DNA of 64,000 bases, from contig JAXMBK010000012.1 of the NCBI GenBank assembly GCA_046349935.1, positions 77,556-141,555 on the forward strand. Direction: 5' to 3'. The notes beneath the pieces are model-generated. The model was not told the origin of the DNA and searched no databases. It saw only the letters and a program-made list of their open reading frames with translations. Each line of letters starts with the position of its first letter. Within the stretch, counting starts at the first letter, position 1. Of this stretch, positions 49,693 through 60,618 are shown piece by piece. Position numbers and translations under genes: made by a program. The DNA is from Pirellulales bacterium. Its GTDB lineage: Bacteria > Planctomycetota > Planctomycetia > Pirellulales > Pirellulaceae.

Positions 49693-50706
49693 ATGCTTTC
49701 GGAACCATGGTTTCGTGAATTTGACGGCTGGTGGTACTGCTACGATCGCTCCAGCGGGCGACGTCGGCAGGTAAAACTCGCCAAGGGACGGGAAAACCGT
49801 GCTGAGGCCTACGATCGCTGGAGCGACCTGAGACGCGGCCGACGTGCCGTCGCCTCGCTCCACACCGAGTCGGTCGCTGCCTTGCTGGATCTCTATCTCG
49901 ACTGGTGCTGCTCGAATCGGTCGGACGCCACCTACAAGCTCTACGTCCGGCTGCTTCAGTCGTTCTGCTCCCACGTCGGCGGAAAATTCGTCGCGTCGGA
50001 TCTACGCCCCAAGGACGTCACCGCCTGGATCGGTTCCCACGACTGGTCGAATTCCACGAAGGCGACCGCCGTGCAGACGCTCAAAGCCGCCTTTCGCTGG
50101 CTGGTACGTGAGGGGCATCTCGAAAAATCGCCCGTGGCCGACGCTCGCGGCCCGGCTCGGGAGAGCCGCGAGGTGATTCTCACGGCCGACGAGTTTGCGG
50201 GAATTCTGAAAAAAGTGAAACGCGACTTCGCCAACTTGCTCGAATTCATCTGGCACACAGGCTGCCGCCCACAGGAGGCCGTGAACCTCACCGTGGCCCA
50301 CTGCGAACTTGAGCTGCGTCGCGTGGTCTTTCCCGCCTCCGAAGCCAAGGGAAAACGCCATCCCCGCGTGATCTATCTTGATGATCGAGCCTTGGAGATC
50401 CTGCGGAACGAACTCAGAAGACGACGTTCCGGAATCGTCTTCCGAACGAGGCAGGACAAGCCCTGGTCGCGAAACACGATTCGCTGCCGGTTCCGCTCGC
50501 TAAAGAAGCAATTCGGCGGGCCGCAGTACTGTGCGTATAATCTTCGCCACTCCTTCGCGACGAACGCTCTCCAGCGACTCGACCCCATCTCGGTTGCGAC
50601 ATTGATGGGGCATACCGACGCTACCACGCTGGCCCGGAACTACCAACACCTGGCGAAACTGCCCGCCGTCATGATCGAAGCGGCGAAGAAGGCGACGAGC
50701 GGTTAG
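49693..50706 (+). CDS. int: tyrosine-type site-specific integrase
   Basis: Phage-integrase catalytic region (CRPQEA, RHSFATNALQRL, LMGHTD, TLARNYQHL). Start taken at the internal Met (MLSEPWF). Confidence 0.85.
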   Translation: MLSEPWFREFDGWWYCYDRSSGRRRQVKLAKGRENRAEAYDRWSDLRRGRRAVASLHTESVAALLDLYLDWCCSNRSDATYKLYVRLLQSFCSHVGGKFVASDLRPKDVTAWIGSHDWSNSTKATAVQTLKAAFRWLVREGHLEKSPVADARGPARESREVILTADEFAGILKKVKRDFANLLEFIWHTGCRPQEAVNLTVAHCELELRRVVFPASEAKGKRHPRVIYLDDRALEILRNELRRRRSGIVFRTRQDKPWSRNTIRCRFRSLKKQFGGPQYCAYNLRHSFATNALQRLDPISVATLMGHTDATTLARNYQHLAKLPAVMIEAAKKATSG

Positions 50707-51034
50707 GGATAAGCGAGACTAGGAGAGTCTGAATTGTCTAGCTGTCAGCGGAGCCCGACTACCATCCGGCCGCGCGCCCCCCGGCGACAAGCCTCCCTTC
50801 GAATTCGGGCACTTGAAGTCAGCGTTTACTGACGAAGAGCGGCGTCTGCCACGGTCGGTTCTACGCCTGTCGGAGCGGGTGTCGAGCCGCTTCGACGTGC
50901 CGACTGCCGGACGACGCAGAGCGACGTAAAGCCCACTGGTGTTGGCATTTGAAGATCTTTCCGCACGCAAGCAGTGGGCGAGCATATATCATTAGTGGGC
51001 AGAGAGACGCCGCCAAAAATGGAGGACTCAGGAA

Positions 51035-51736
51035 ATGCTCGACGCGGATCTGACTCGCATTATCAATCGTCCGCAGAACCCGGAAGAAGTGGCCGCTGGG
51101 ATCAAATACCGTTACAACCACGCGAAACGAGGTGCGGGATCGATTCTTCCGGATTGTGAATCCGAATGCGCCCAGGAAGTGGCGATCAAGCAATTTACCA
51201 ATCCCAAGGAATACGCCAATCGACGTCACGCGGCGGCGATTGCCTTTCTCGAAGGCAAGCAAGGCGCCCTGCGGATTGCTAAGGAACGTCGGCGGTTCCT
51301 GAATGTGTCGGCACTGGCGGACGACTCCAAAGTAGCAGAGAGGATCTTCGCGGACCGGATGCCGGTCGAGTCGCCCGACGAAGAGGCGGAAGCTCGCTTG
51401 GAATGGGCCCGAGCTTATCTGAAAGAGGCACAAAGTCTCGTCAACGAGGCGCAGGAAGTCCTCGCGACTTACCTGAGCCAGATGGAGGAACATCCTCGGG
51501 CCTGGGTCACCGACTGGCTCAACGGTCAATCGGTGCCGGAAATTCGCAAATCGTCCGGGATCCCCACGACGAAGTATCGCATCGGTCAGGAAGTGTTTGC
51601 GCTCTCCCAGGTCCCGGCCATGCGGGGTCTGATCAAAGAAGTGCCGATCTTCTCGGCCGATATCTGGGAACTCTGCAACTATGGAGTTCCGCCCGTCAAA
51701 CGAATTCTCCTCACCCCTCCTTCCGACCGCGGATAG
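51035..51736 (+). CDS. ECF-type sigma factor-like protein
   Basis: Region-2-like CESECAQEVAIKQF and region-4-like WVTDWLNGQSVPEIRKSSGIPTTKYRIGQEVFAL. Immediately upstream of a kinase. Confidence 0.5.
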   Translation: MLDADLTRIINRPQNPEEVAAGIKYRYNHAKRGAGSILPDCESECAQEVAIKQFTNPKEYANRRHAAAIAFLEGKQGALRIAKERRRFLNVSALADDSKVAERIFADRMPVESPDEEAEARLEWARAYLKEAQSLVNEAQEVLATYLSQMEEHPRAWVTDWLNGQSVPEIRKSSGIPTTKYRIGQEVFALSQVPAMRGLIKEVPIFSADIWELCNYGVPPVKRILLTPPSDRG

Positions 51737-51747
51737 GTAATTCTGCC

Positions 51748-53838
51748 ATGTGCACCAACGATGCTGACCTGTTGATTAGCGATTGGTCGCAACAGCCGCC
51801 GGAAGACCTGCATGTCGATTTGGTCGTACGGCTGCAGTCGGCGGCTAATGCTTATGAGATGGCGCGAAACGCGCTCGAGCTGGCGCGTGAGATCGAACGG
51901 CCGCTCGATCTGGCGGTGCTGCTCGAACAATCGCCGCCACACTGCCAGGACGCTGTGCGGAACGCGTTTTTTGACGACCTTTTAGACTTAGAGAGCATCG
52001 AGCAGCTGCTGGTTACTGAAGCTGGCGTCAACGAGTTGTTCGGGGCGATTCCCGCTGGCGAATGGAGTTGCTTCCTCGTGCGCTATCTCGAACGGTCTGA
52101 GGGGACGATCCGGCGGGCAGCGGAACCGCGCGGCATATCGCAATTCTTCCGCCTGCTGCAACCGTACCTACGAAAGAACCTCGCTTGCGAAGCGGCGTTT
52201 TGCCAACATTTTGGACTGCTTGAGCGCGGAACCAAGCTAAAGGTTGATGAGTACGAAATTAAGGGCATCGTTGGTGTCGGCGGGATGGGAGTCGTCTATG
52301 AGGCGCGGCAGAAAGGCGGCAAATCGGTCGCGGTCAAGACGCCGCGTCCAGATTTGCTGCAATGTTTCGAGCACACACGCGAAGCATTTCTTAAGGAAGC
52401 TCATGTCTCCAATCATCTCGAAGGGGAGGGGTTAGTGCCGGTGCATTATGTCGATCGCGAGTTTCCCTTCTATGTGATGCGTCTCGTGCCCGGCGCTACA
52501 ACGTTGCAGCACCGCATGGAAGCCGGTACGTTGGACGTGCGCACTATCGGTGAGATCCTGCAATCGACTGCCCGAGGGCTGCGGAAGCTGCATCACTTTC
52601 GACATCTTCACCTCGATCTGAAGCCGTCGAACATACTTATCACCGACGCCAGCCACGCCTTTCTGACCGACTTCGGCCTCATTTGTCGTCTGTCCAACAA
52701 AGGGACAGCCAAGCTATCCCGTTTTCAGGGCACATCCCAATATGCGGCGCCCGAACAAATACGTGGTGAAACGCTGAATTTCGCGACGGATATCTACTCT
52801 CTGGGCGAAGTCGGGTTGCAAGCGATTAAGGGGATGAAGCCTGGAAAGGATCGCGAGCTTCGACACCATCTCACCGCGATTTGTAACCGCGCTCATAGTT
52901 CTGACCCGACGCGCCGCTACCAAACGGCGACCGAGTTTGAAGCGGACTTAGTGCGCTGCCTCAGCGGCGGTGTACCGTGTGTTTCTGTGAAACATGTCGC
53001 GCTGAGTTGGGCTCGTCGCTGGCGCTGGGGTATCGCAGCGGCCATGATGCTGGTCGTGATCGCGTTCGCATGGGCGCCCGCGGCCCGCGCCTGGCGGGTG
53101 CACCGGTTCTTCAGTGACTATTCTGAGATCACGGCGCTCCAGCACCATTCCCAAAAAATTGTCGGGCGCGGCGAACGCACGGAGCCGATTCCGACGGACC
53201 CTAAGGATCCGACGAAGCTCGCAGTATTGCCGGTCGATCAAGGATTTAGGATTCACGAGGACTCGCGCTTCTTTGACTTAACCGCCTGGAGACCGTTGCA
53301 AGCAGATGAACTTAAGCGCGATACGATCAATCCCTGCTATCACACACGAGCAATTACGGTCTCGAAAACCGACAAGCAGGCGCGCTGGTTACGAGTGCGA
53401 TTTTGGACTAGCGGCTATGCGGTCCATGCGTACTGTGCCAGTCACCCTTATCGAATCGCCGTCGGCTACGACGCCCACCTAGTCGGCCAGCAAATGACCG
53501 AGGTGGAAGAACTGCAGATTGATACCGAGGGCCACGAAGGAGAATTCCAGATCATCGTTCATGCGACGTTTTGGAACGCCTTTCACACCCAAGATCAGTA
53601 TTGGGCTGGCATGAACGTGCTGCACGGTACCAAGAAAGCGCAGCTGGCGGTGCTGATCGGCTATCCGTATCTGCTTGAGAATGTGTCCGAAGTGACCGGC
53701 AACGAACAGGATCCGCACGCTGGAGAACCGCGCGGTCGCGAAAACACGTCTGGACCGCTGCTGGATGTCACGGGGCCACAGTCGATGGTCCACAAACTTC
53801 AATGGAAATCTGTTAAACAGAGCTGGATCGGCTTTTAA
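51748..53838 (+). CDS. Ser/Thr protein kinase with single TM and extracytoplasmic C-terminal domain
   Basis: Kinase motifs GVGGMGVVYEA, AVKTPRP, HLDLKPSNILI, DFGL, APEQ. TM segment WGIAAAMMLVVIAFAW. Start taken at the ATG at 51748. Confidence 0.8.
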   Translation: MCTNDADLLISDWSQQPPEDLHVDLVVRLQSAANAYEMARNALELAREIERPLDLAVLLEQSPPHCQDAVRNAFFDDLLDLESIEQLLVTEAGVNELFGAIPAGEWSCFLVRYLERSEGTIRRAAEPRGISQFFRLLQPYLRKNLACEAAFCQHFGLLERGTKLKVDEYEIKGIVGVGGMGVVYEARQKGGKSVAVKTPRPDLLQCFEHTREAFLKEAHVSNHLEGEGLVPVHYVDREFPFYVMRLVPGATTLQHRMEAGTLDVRTIGEILQSTARGLRKLHHFRHLHLDLKPSNILITDASHAFLTDFGLICRLSNKGTAKLSRFQGTSQYAAPEQIRGETLNFATDIYSLGEVGLQAIKGMKPGKDRELRHHLTAICNRAHSSDPTRRYQTATEFEADLVRCLSGGVPCVSVKHVALSWARRWRWGIAAAMMLVVIAFAWAPAARAWRVHRFFSDYSEITALQHHSQKIVGRGERTEPIPTDPKDPTKLAVLPVDQGFRIHEDSRFFDLTAWRPLQADELKRDTINPCYHTRAITVSKTDKQARWLRVRFWTSGYAVHAYCASHPYRIAVGYDAHLVGQQMTEVEELQIDTEGHEGEFQIIVHATFWNAFHTQDQYWAGMNVLHGTKKAQLAVLIGYPYLLENVSEVTGNEQDPHAGEPRGRENTSGPLLDVTGPQSMVHKLQWKSVKQSWIGF

Positions 53839-53855
53839 AGCAAAGGAGCTTGTAG

Positions 53856-54617
53856 ATGATACGTACTTCGATCGTCATAGTGTTTTCGGTCACTTTCCTG
53901 GGTGCTAGTGCCTGGGCCGGTGAGATCGGACGTTTGCCGTTGCCTGGATCACTCGTGGAGTGGAATTCGTCGGAGGGTCGCAGATTGTTTCGGGAAAGCG
54001 CGTCGTGCCAAGAAGCATTTTGGTCGGTCGCTGAGCATCTGCGGCCCCAGTCGAACCTAGCGACCTGCGCTCCGACGACCGCGCTCATTGTGCTAAACGC
54101 GATGCAGCGGGACTTGCCTCAGGCCAGGGAATACGGACCGTATCCTTATTTCACAGAGGACAATTTTTTCACGGCGGAAGTCGAAGCGATCAAAAAGCGG
54201 ACCGCCGTCAACGGCAGCGGTGTGACGCTCGATCAATTGACGAAAATGCTGAGGACTCACGGTGTCGAGGCCGATGCGATCCATGCGCGCAATACCACCG
54301 TCGACAAGTTCGAGGAAGATTTGCAGAAGACGCTTTCCGGACCAAAGCAGTACGTAATTTCCAACTACTTTCGTCCCGCACTGGGTCAAAAAAGTGCCGG
54401 ACACGTCAGTGTGGTCGTGGCCTATCATGCAACCGAGCATCGGTGCTTGGTGCTCGATTGTGCGTCGTTCAAATATCCGTTCGTGTGGGTCAAAACTGCG
54501 GACCTGTTTAAGGCGATGGGGGAACAGGACGACGAGTCGAAGACCAGCCGTGGGTACATCATTGTCAAAGAGAGAGCTTCCAGCGATACCCGCTCAAGTG
54601 GCCAAGTTGAGCGCTAG
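53856..54617 (+). CDS. secreted phytochelatin-synthase-like (papain-fold, peptidase C83-like) protein
   Basis: Signal peptide. Catalytic-Cys context CAPTTALIVLNAM and a His context GHVSVVVAY, as in phytochelatin synthases. Confidence 0.6.
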   Translation: MIRTSIVIVFSVTFLGASAWAGEIGRLPLPGSLVEWNSSEGRRLFRESASCQEAFWSVAEHLRPQSNLATCAPTTALIVLNAMQRDLPQAREYGPYPYFTEDNFFTAEVEAIKKRTAVNGSGVTLDQLTKMLRTHGVEADAIHARNTTVDKFEEDLQKTLSGPKQYVISNYFRPALGQKSAGHVSVVVAYHATEHRCLVLDCASFKYPFVWVKTADLFKAMGEQDDESKTSRGYIIVKERASSDTRSSGQVER

Positions 54618-54641
54618 CTGCCCGTTGAACTACTCGTGTTT

Positions 54642-56014
54642 TCAGACGCGAGCGAGCATCGTCGCCGTGACGTCTTCCGGGAATCGGTCGTTGCGTACTA
54701 GGCCGGCGAATCGCGCGAAGATCGATCCTAAATTTCCCCAGAGCCATAGATAGGCGAGCTGGAGAAGGCTCAGAGCGTCCGCAGCTGCTCCCCGGCCCGG
54801 TTGGCATCCCTTCGGAGTGCCGATGCCGAAAAGGGCGTGCATGAGAATACCCAGGTTGTGCGCGCCAGCCGCGATCGAGTAGTGCTTCCGGACCTTGCCG
54901 ATTCCGCGATGCCACGTCCGCCTGCCGCCGCCCGTCTCCAGCAAATGCGCGAAGGTACGTTCGACCGGTTCGCTGCGTCGGCGCTGCAGTCTTCGACCGC
55001 GGTCGGTGTTCATCTGCTGACGATTCGCGCGCTCCGCTTCGTCCTTCGCCGACGAGGCGTGCCTGCCGGAGCCGGTACGCGAACCGCGCGGCGGGTTCTT
55101 CGTCTGGTGCCGCAGCTCGGGGATGAACGTTTCATACGGCGTCTCGGTCGCCATCGTTTCCAGGGTCGCGGCGGAGTGATATTCCTTGTCCGCGACAACG
55201 TCCTCAATGACGACTGCGCTGCCAGTGGAGGCCTGATGAGTCTGGGCCGCGTGGACGCTGTCTTCCAGCGTCGCGACATCCGCTTGGTTCGCCGGATAGA
55301 TCTCGGCCGCCCTGATCAGATTCGAGTCCAGATCGACAATGTGTTCCGCCTTGTACGCCAGATGCGTCGTGCCGTCCTTCATCCGTGCGATGCGGGCGGC
55401 GTCATCGATCGGACTCACCCACTCGTCGTTCGCAACTCGCTTATCCGCTCGCTGCCGATCGAAGTTGCGAATCTCGTCCGCCGTGGGCTGGCCGTCCGGC
55501 GCAACGACGCCGTTGGCCTTCATCTGTTGCGTCACGTACGCTTCCCAATCTTCGCCGGTGTCTCGTCGCACGATGCTCTTCATCGCCACGTTCGCTTCTA
55601 GCGTGCTGGAGTCCACGCCGACGGTCTTGCCATTCAGCAACTGATTCTCGCGCGCCAGCTTCAACACCCACGCGAAGACCGCATCGTGCACCTCGTGCGA
55701 AAGCCGATCAAGCAAGTGACTCAGCGACGAATGATCGGGCGTGTTCTCGCTGCGCGGGAGGCCGAGAGACGACTGGATGCCTTCGAAGTAGCCGACGATC
55801 AGTATCCGGAAATAGACGCCGGGCGGAATGCCGGCACGTCCCTTGCCTTGGACAACGGCTCGCAAAGCGTCTTGACACATCGATCGAACCCCGCTTCGGC
55901 CAGCAGTTCGTTCAGCTTCTGGCAGAACACGTGCCCGATCGACTTCGGCAGGTGATCCGCGCGCACGAACAGATCCTGCTGAATGTCGACCTTCCGTCGC
56001 CCTAACCCCATCAT
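54642..56014 (-). mobile_element. IS5/IS1182-family DDE transposase gene, frameshifted (N-terminal ORF 55799..56014, main ORF 54642..55880)
   Basis: N-terminal segment LFVRADHLPK...FDRCVKTLCEP and, in another frame, GIPPGVYFRILIVGYFEGI. DDE region with VVADKEYHS (DKGY-like). Confidence 0.7.
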
Positions 56015-56753
56015 CGCGTCTCCCTACGATCTCTGTTCTTCGAGTCGCGACAAGGATAGCGCCCGGCTCGACATTTTCAACGGGCAGCTAGGCTTATGCA
56101 GTGGTAATCCCGAGAGGCATCGACGGTGAGGTTATGCAACTTCGATCATCGCGCAACGGAGTGACTCGCCGGTTGTCACAGCGATCCCTAGAATTGGCTA
56201 ACGCAGATGTTTCGCGGGGCCTTGGGATGGTGCGATGGCAAGTTTAGATTCTTGGAAGTTCACGATCGACATTTCTGATCGAGCGGATCGCGCACGCTTC
56301 GAGCAGTTTCCCGGCCATCCTTTCGCCACGCTCTCCTACGTTCATGAGTAAGTTTGTCATCTTCGGAGCATCAGCGGATTTCTCTGCTTTGATGTGCTCG
56401 AGCAGTTGCTCACCCTCGGCGTCGCGCCCGCCTGCAAGCTACATGGACTATCTGGGAGCCAATCCGGTATCCGCCTGGTCGACTTTCTGAGGGAGCTACT
56501 GAATCATGCCGGGCGGGTTGGGCCTTGGGAGTTGGATGAATGCACGGTGAAGCACGGAACGTCCTCACACACGTTCCAGGGCTTTGTGACGGAGCGAAAC
56601 ACATTCCAGCCTTTGACTCCGCTGGCGACAATTGAAGGCGTGGCGCGAGGCTTGGACCGGTTCCTCCTCCTCGTCAATCAACATGCTGGGCCCACAGAAG
56701 CGAACTCGCCCGGCCGGAGTGCCGGGCGAGCTGGTTTGTCCGGAATCCCGCGT

Positions 56754-57050
56754 TTAGAGTTCCTTGGTGATGGAGAAGCTGGCTTCTCCCACGATGCGGC
56801 CGTTTTCGGTGCGGGCCTTGGCTTCCAGCTCCGCCTTCAGGCGCCGCTTGGCGTCTTCGTACGAGGCAGCGCCTTTCACCTCGCAGGTGATGACCTTGCA
56901 CTTGTTATCGGCGCACTTGCAGGTGGCAGTGGCCGTGCCGCGCCACTTTTCGCTTTTGGCAATCGAGCCCAGCGAGGCGCTCTGAGCCAACCCGAACCCA
57001 CCCATCACCGCCGGCAGCAGCGCGGCCGCCAAGAAACAGTTTTTCAACAT
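56754..57050 (-). CDS. small secreted Cys-containing hypothetical protein
   Basis: ATG preceded by GAAGGAG at -7. Signal peptide MLKNCFLAAALLPAVMGGFGLA. Confidence 0.55.
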   Translation of the reverse strand: MLKNCFLAAALLPAVMGGFGLAQSASLGSIAKSEKWRGTATATCKCADNKCKVITCEVKGAASYEDAKRRLKAELEAKARTENGRIVGEASFSITKEL

Positions 57051-58699
57051 TACCGGACTCCTTCAGTTCTCGGGACTTGTTCCGGGCCACGCGGCCCTCT
57101 GAGAAGTAAAGGAGGAGGGAGTAGTTGAATGCGGACAAGCGACTTGGTCCACGACTCGGCTCAATCGCGTCCAAGTAAACCCCAGCATTCCGCTGGCAAG
57201 CAGGCAGCAGCACAGAGGCAGGCTCCGCGATCGGCTGGGGCTGGGATGGAACAGGATCACGCAAACACGCCTTGAAGTCCGAGTTGTAGCGACCTCACCT
57301 GGAAGCGTCTCGATATGGAAGGGAAGCAGCGTCGTGGACATGAGCCAAGTAGCGATTCGATAACCGTTATCACCCAGCACCGGATCGCGTTACAGTTTGA
57401 AGGCATAACCCTCGGCCGGAATGTTCTTGTCTACCAACCCGTTTGACGGATCTTGCAGCTCCGGCTTGGCGCGGATAGCAAGAGTGTCGGCGTCTTGAAT
57501 GGCAAAGGTTAGGCCATCGAAGCGGTCATTCGGGTTATGACCGCACTTGGCTGTTTGGGTCAATGTTCCAGTCGAATCCTCTGGGACCGACCAAGAAGCC
57601 GACTTTTCAGCCCTTGAAGGCGATGGAGTTCGCAAAGGTTGTCGGACAGTCGCCCCAGGTGCTTACATGGCAGCCGCTGATCTGCCGTTGATGGCGAGAG
57701 CATCGTCGGCTACGCCTGCGGTGCCACGTCCGTCGTAGGTCATGACGAGTTGCCCGCAGGCGAACAAAGTTGAGACGACTGAGATGTCATGTTCGAAATC
57801 GCTGTTCTTTTGGAAGCCTTTTTCGATAATAGGTGAATGGAAAGTACCTTCCAAATCGAACATGTGGAGCGTCGCTCGGACCTGTGGAACACCGCCCCCA
57901 TCATTATGCCCATAGCCACTGTGCAAAAAAGTGTTCTTTTCATCCCGTCTCATCGCGATCAATTCGTGACGCAGGCGAATACCGACATGAGTTCATCCAG
58001 CTGCTGGTAGGCGCCACCCTCGCAGCGTGCGTCCCCCGCCAGCCTAAGAATCCGTGGCGCAACCATGCTAATTTGGTCCGTGGGTGTAGCTGAGACCGTG
58101 CCCGCTGCCGCTGCTGTTGGCCTAGTTGTGATTCCTGCAGTGGGCCGGCTCGAACCTATAAAGCACTTGGAGTGTGCTGGCAATGGCATCCGACTCCGCG
58201 AAGGCGGACTAGGTTTGATGTCTAGCGCGGACAGTTTGCTACGTGGTTCGGGAGCGACGCTGCCTTGAGCCTCGACTTTTATAAATCAGCTTCTGCGGTT
58301 CCGGATATTCCGAAAAAAAAAACGGATCACCTGCCGGCTATCCTCGCGACAACCGCTCGCCTCGTTGCGACAACTTACCAGGAGTTCATGGCACATCCGC
58401 GTGTATTGGTTCAGCGTGAACTGGAAGAACGTCTCGCCCGAGTCAGTGGGTGGTGGATGACGAGTAGTTTGCCGTGGCCGACGGATTGTAATCGGGCTTC
58501 GGAGCAGCGGCCCACAGATCGAGACCGTTTCCGGATCGTCCGCACTTGAAGCAGTGGAAGATGTGTCCGTCGAGTTGCACGGAGAAGCAGCTGCTGGTGG
58601 GCGACTTCGAGCCGTGCACCGGACAGGGACCGCGTTGCTGCGCGTCGCGCACCGACCGCGGCTGAAACTGCAGAAGTTGCAGCACGGTGCTCATCAAGA

Positions 58700-59755
58700 T
58701 CAAGCGTCGGACGGCGGCGAATTCGATCGGTCGGCGCGCTGCGGCCGCCGGCGCGGCCGGGGCGGCAGGAGCGCCGCGCTTGGTTCGCTGGGCGGCTGCT
58801 CGGCGCTTTGCCGTCGGCAACGACTTCGCTGGCGGGCCTCGGCCAACTTGCGATCGCGCGCGTCATGAATGGCCTGGTCCTGTCCAAATTGTTTGCCGTA
58901 GGGCGTGATGTAGCCGAGCGCGCTTTGGAGTCGGACCGGATTGTAGTGCTGCGCGAAATTCGCGACGAGTCGTCGCGCGTCGTCCAGCGACAGCGGCACG
59001 AAGGGGCGAATGCAATCCTGCTTGGGCGTCTTGTGCCAGCGTTCGATCCTGCCGTTGCTCTGCGGGTAGTGCGGCGACGTTCGGACGTGCGTCATGCCGG
59101 CTAGGCGCATGAACTCCTTGAATTCCTCGGCCAGGAACTGCGGTCCGTTGTCGGAAATGAAACGCGGTCGCGCGTCGGGGTACGCTTCGCGCGCCCGCTT
59201 CGGCCGGATGAACCAGTAAAACGTGCCGGCGAGGTTGAGGTAGCTGACGTCGACGTTCCAGTGTACGTGGGGCGCCAGCGGCTGCACGAACCCGGTTCCC
59301 TTCTTGGTCGGAACGGGAGTGCAGCCGGCCAGCAGACCGGCGTTTTTCAAGAAGCGGTAGACGCTGGCGGGACTACAGGCGACGACGTCGGCGTCGAGCA
59401 TCATGTAAGTCAGTCGGCGGTATTCCTCCAGCGGATTCTGTCGGGCGAACTCGACGATCCGCTCCCATTCGTCGGCGGACAGCCAATGGTCGCGCGGGCC
59501 CCAGGCGTTGTGCTCGTTGACCCGACCGAACCGCAGCTTCCAGTCGTGGAACTTGCTGGCTCCGACGCCAATCCAACCGACCAAGCGACTTTGCGGTAAT
59601 TCGGTCTTGTCGGACCAGCGGCGGACGAAGTCGACGACTTCGTCGCGAGTTTCGTGGGAAGCCCCGCGTCCCTTCAAGGTTCCCCAAGTTTTTTTCGCTG
59701 CACGTGCTCCTCCATGAGTTCGGACAGCACCTCGTTTTTCTTCAGCAGCTTGCAT
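58700..59755 (-). CDS. IS3 transposase OrfB (rve integrase core)
   Basis: DDE integrase motifs. Overlaps orfA in the -1 frame. Confidence 0.75.
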   Translation of the reverse strand: MQAAEEKRGAVRTHGGARAAKKTWGTLKGRGASHETRDEVVDFVRRWSDKTELPQSRLVGWIGVGASKFHDWKLRFGRVNEHNAWGPRDHWLSADEWERIVEFARQNPLEEYRRLTYMMLDADVVACSPASVYRFLKNAGLLAGCTPVPTKKGTGFVQPLAPHVHWNVDVSYLNLAGTFYWFIRPKRAREAYPDARPRFISDNGPQFLAEEFKEFMRLAGMTHVRTSPHYPQSNGRIERWHKTPKQDCIRPFVPLSLDDARRLVANFAQHYNPVRLQSALGYITPYGKQFGQDQAIHDARDRKLAEARQRSRCRRQSAEQPPSEPSAALLPPRPRRRPQRADRSNSPPSDA

Positions 59756-59997
59756 TCCAGGAACGGGATGCGTCGCTGCGCGGCGTCTTCGACGGCTCGC
59801 GACTTGCGATCGCTTTCGAAGGTGGCGTGGCCGTTCTCGAACAGCTCTCGCTGCCAGCGGTAGAACAGGTTGGGCGCGATGCCCAGTTCATCGCATAGGT
59901 CCGAGACGAGTACCTGCTCCAATAAATGCCGTTTCAGCACGGCCATCTTGTCCGATGGCGAGAAAAATCGCCGTTTCGAATCACGCGACTTGCTCAT
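59674..59997 (-). CDS. IS3 transposase OrfA (HTH)
   Basis: 107 aa. The LFYRWQREL motif is typical of IS3 OrfA. Confidence 0.75.
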   Translation of the reverse strand: MSKSRDSKRRFFSPSDKMAVLKRHLLEQVLVSDLCDELGIAPNLFYRWQRELFENGHATFESDRKSRAVEDAAQRRIPFLECKLLKKNEVLSELMEEHVQRKKLGEP

Positions 59998-60618
59998 GGA
60001 AGAGCTCCTTCAGGTTGTTCTAACCCAAAGCGAGAGTTATTCCAGATTCAGCTGAGGCAAAACACGCAGACTTCCGGTGAGTTCATGATGCTTCGACTGA
60101 GCAACTTAGAAGAAAGCTCAAACGGCTCAGCGGCTTGGAAACGCGATTAATGAAGCTGCGCAATTTTGTGCACGAGTGATAGAGCTCTAAGGCGATGCAC
60201 GTTACAGCGACGTTCTCTGCGCTGCAATTCGCAGACGCTGCACACTCTCCCGCTCGTTGGCACGGCGTTCCCCTTAATTACAGGGAAACTTGATCTCGGA
60301 AACTGGGCATCAGCCCGAATGACTGACAGCTCGGCTAAGAGAACGAGACAGGCAGGACGCCGATTTGGGAAAACTCGGTAAGCACGTCAACACGATTCGC
60401 GTGCGCTTAGGGACTGGAGACGGGCGGAGGCGGCACTTGCGATGCCGCCTCCAAGTCTCCGATGGTCCAAGACCGCCCGGGACACCCCATAGCGCCTCCA
60501 GTCTACCAGCCGCGCAGATCGTGAAAACCCAGACGCGTTTTTCGTGGCCCAGACCGCCCGGGACACCCCGTAGCAAGATGTCCTCGGTTGGTTTGGCCAC
60601 TTTCAAGGCCGAACCGCG

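Larger units (their letters stand above)
58700..59997 (-). mobile_element. IS3-family insertion sequence (orfA 59674..59997; orfB 58700..59755; programmed -1 frameshift)
   Basis: orfA has an HTH. orfB has an rve integrase core (DNGPQF, SPHYPQSNGRIERWH). Slippery heptamer A_AAA_AAA at ~59690..59698 in the overlap. Confidence 0.8.

Noticed and set aside
57390-57962. Two adjacent small minus-strand ORFs (TTG start) that could be one disrupted gene
   Set aside because: No recognisable domain, and the ORFs begin at alternative start codons. Not enough evidence to call a gene or a pseudogene.
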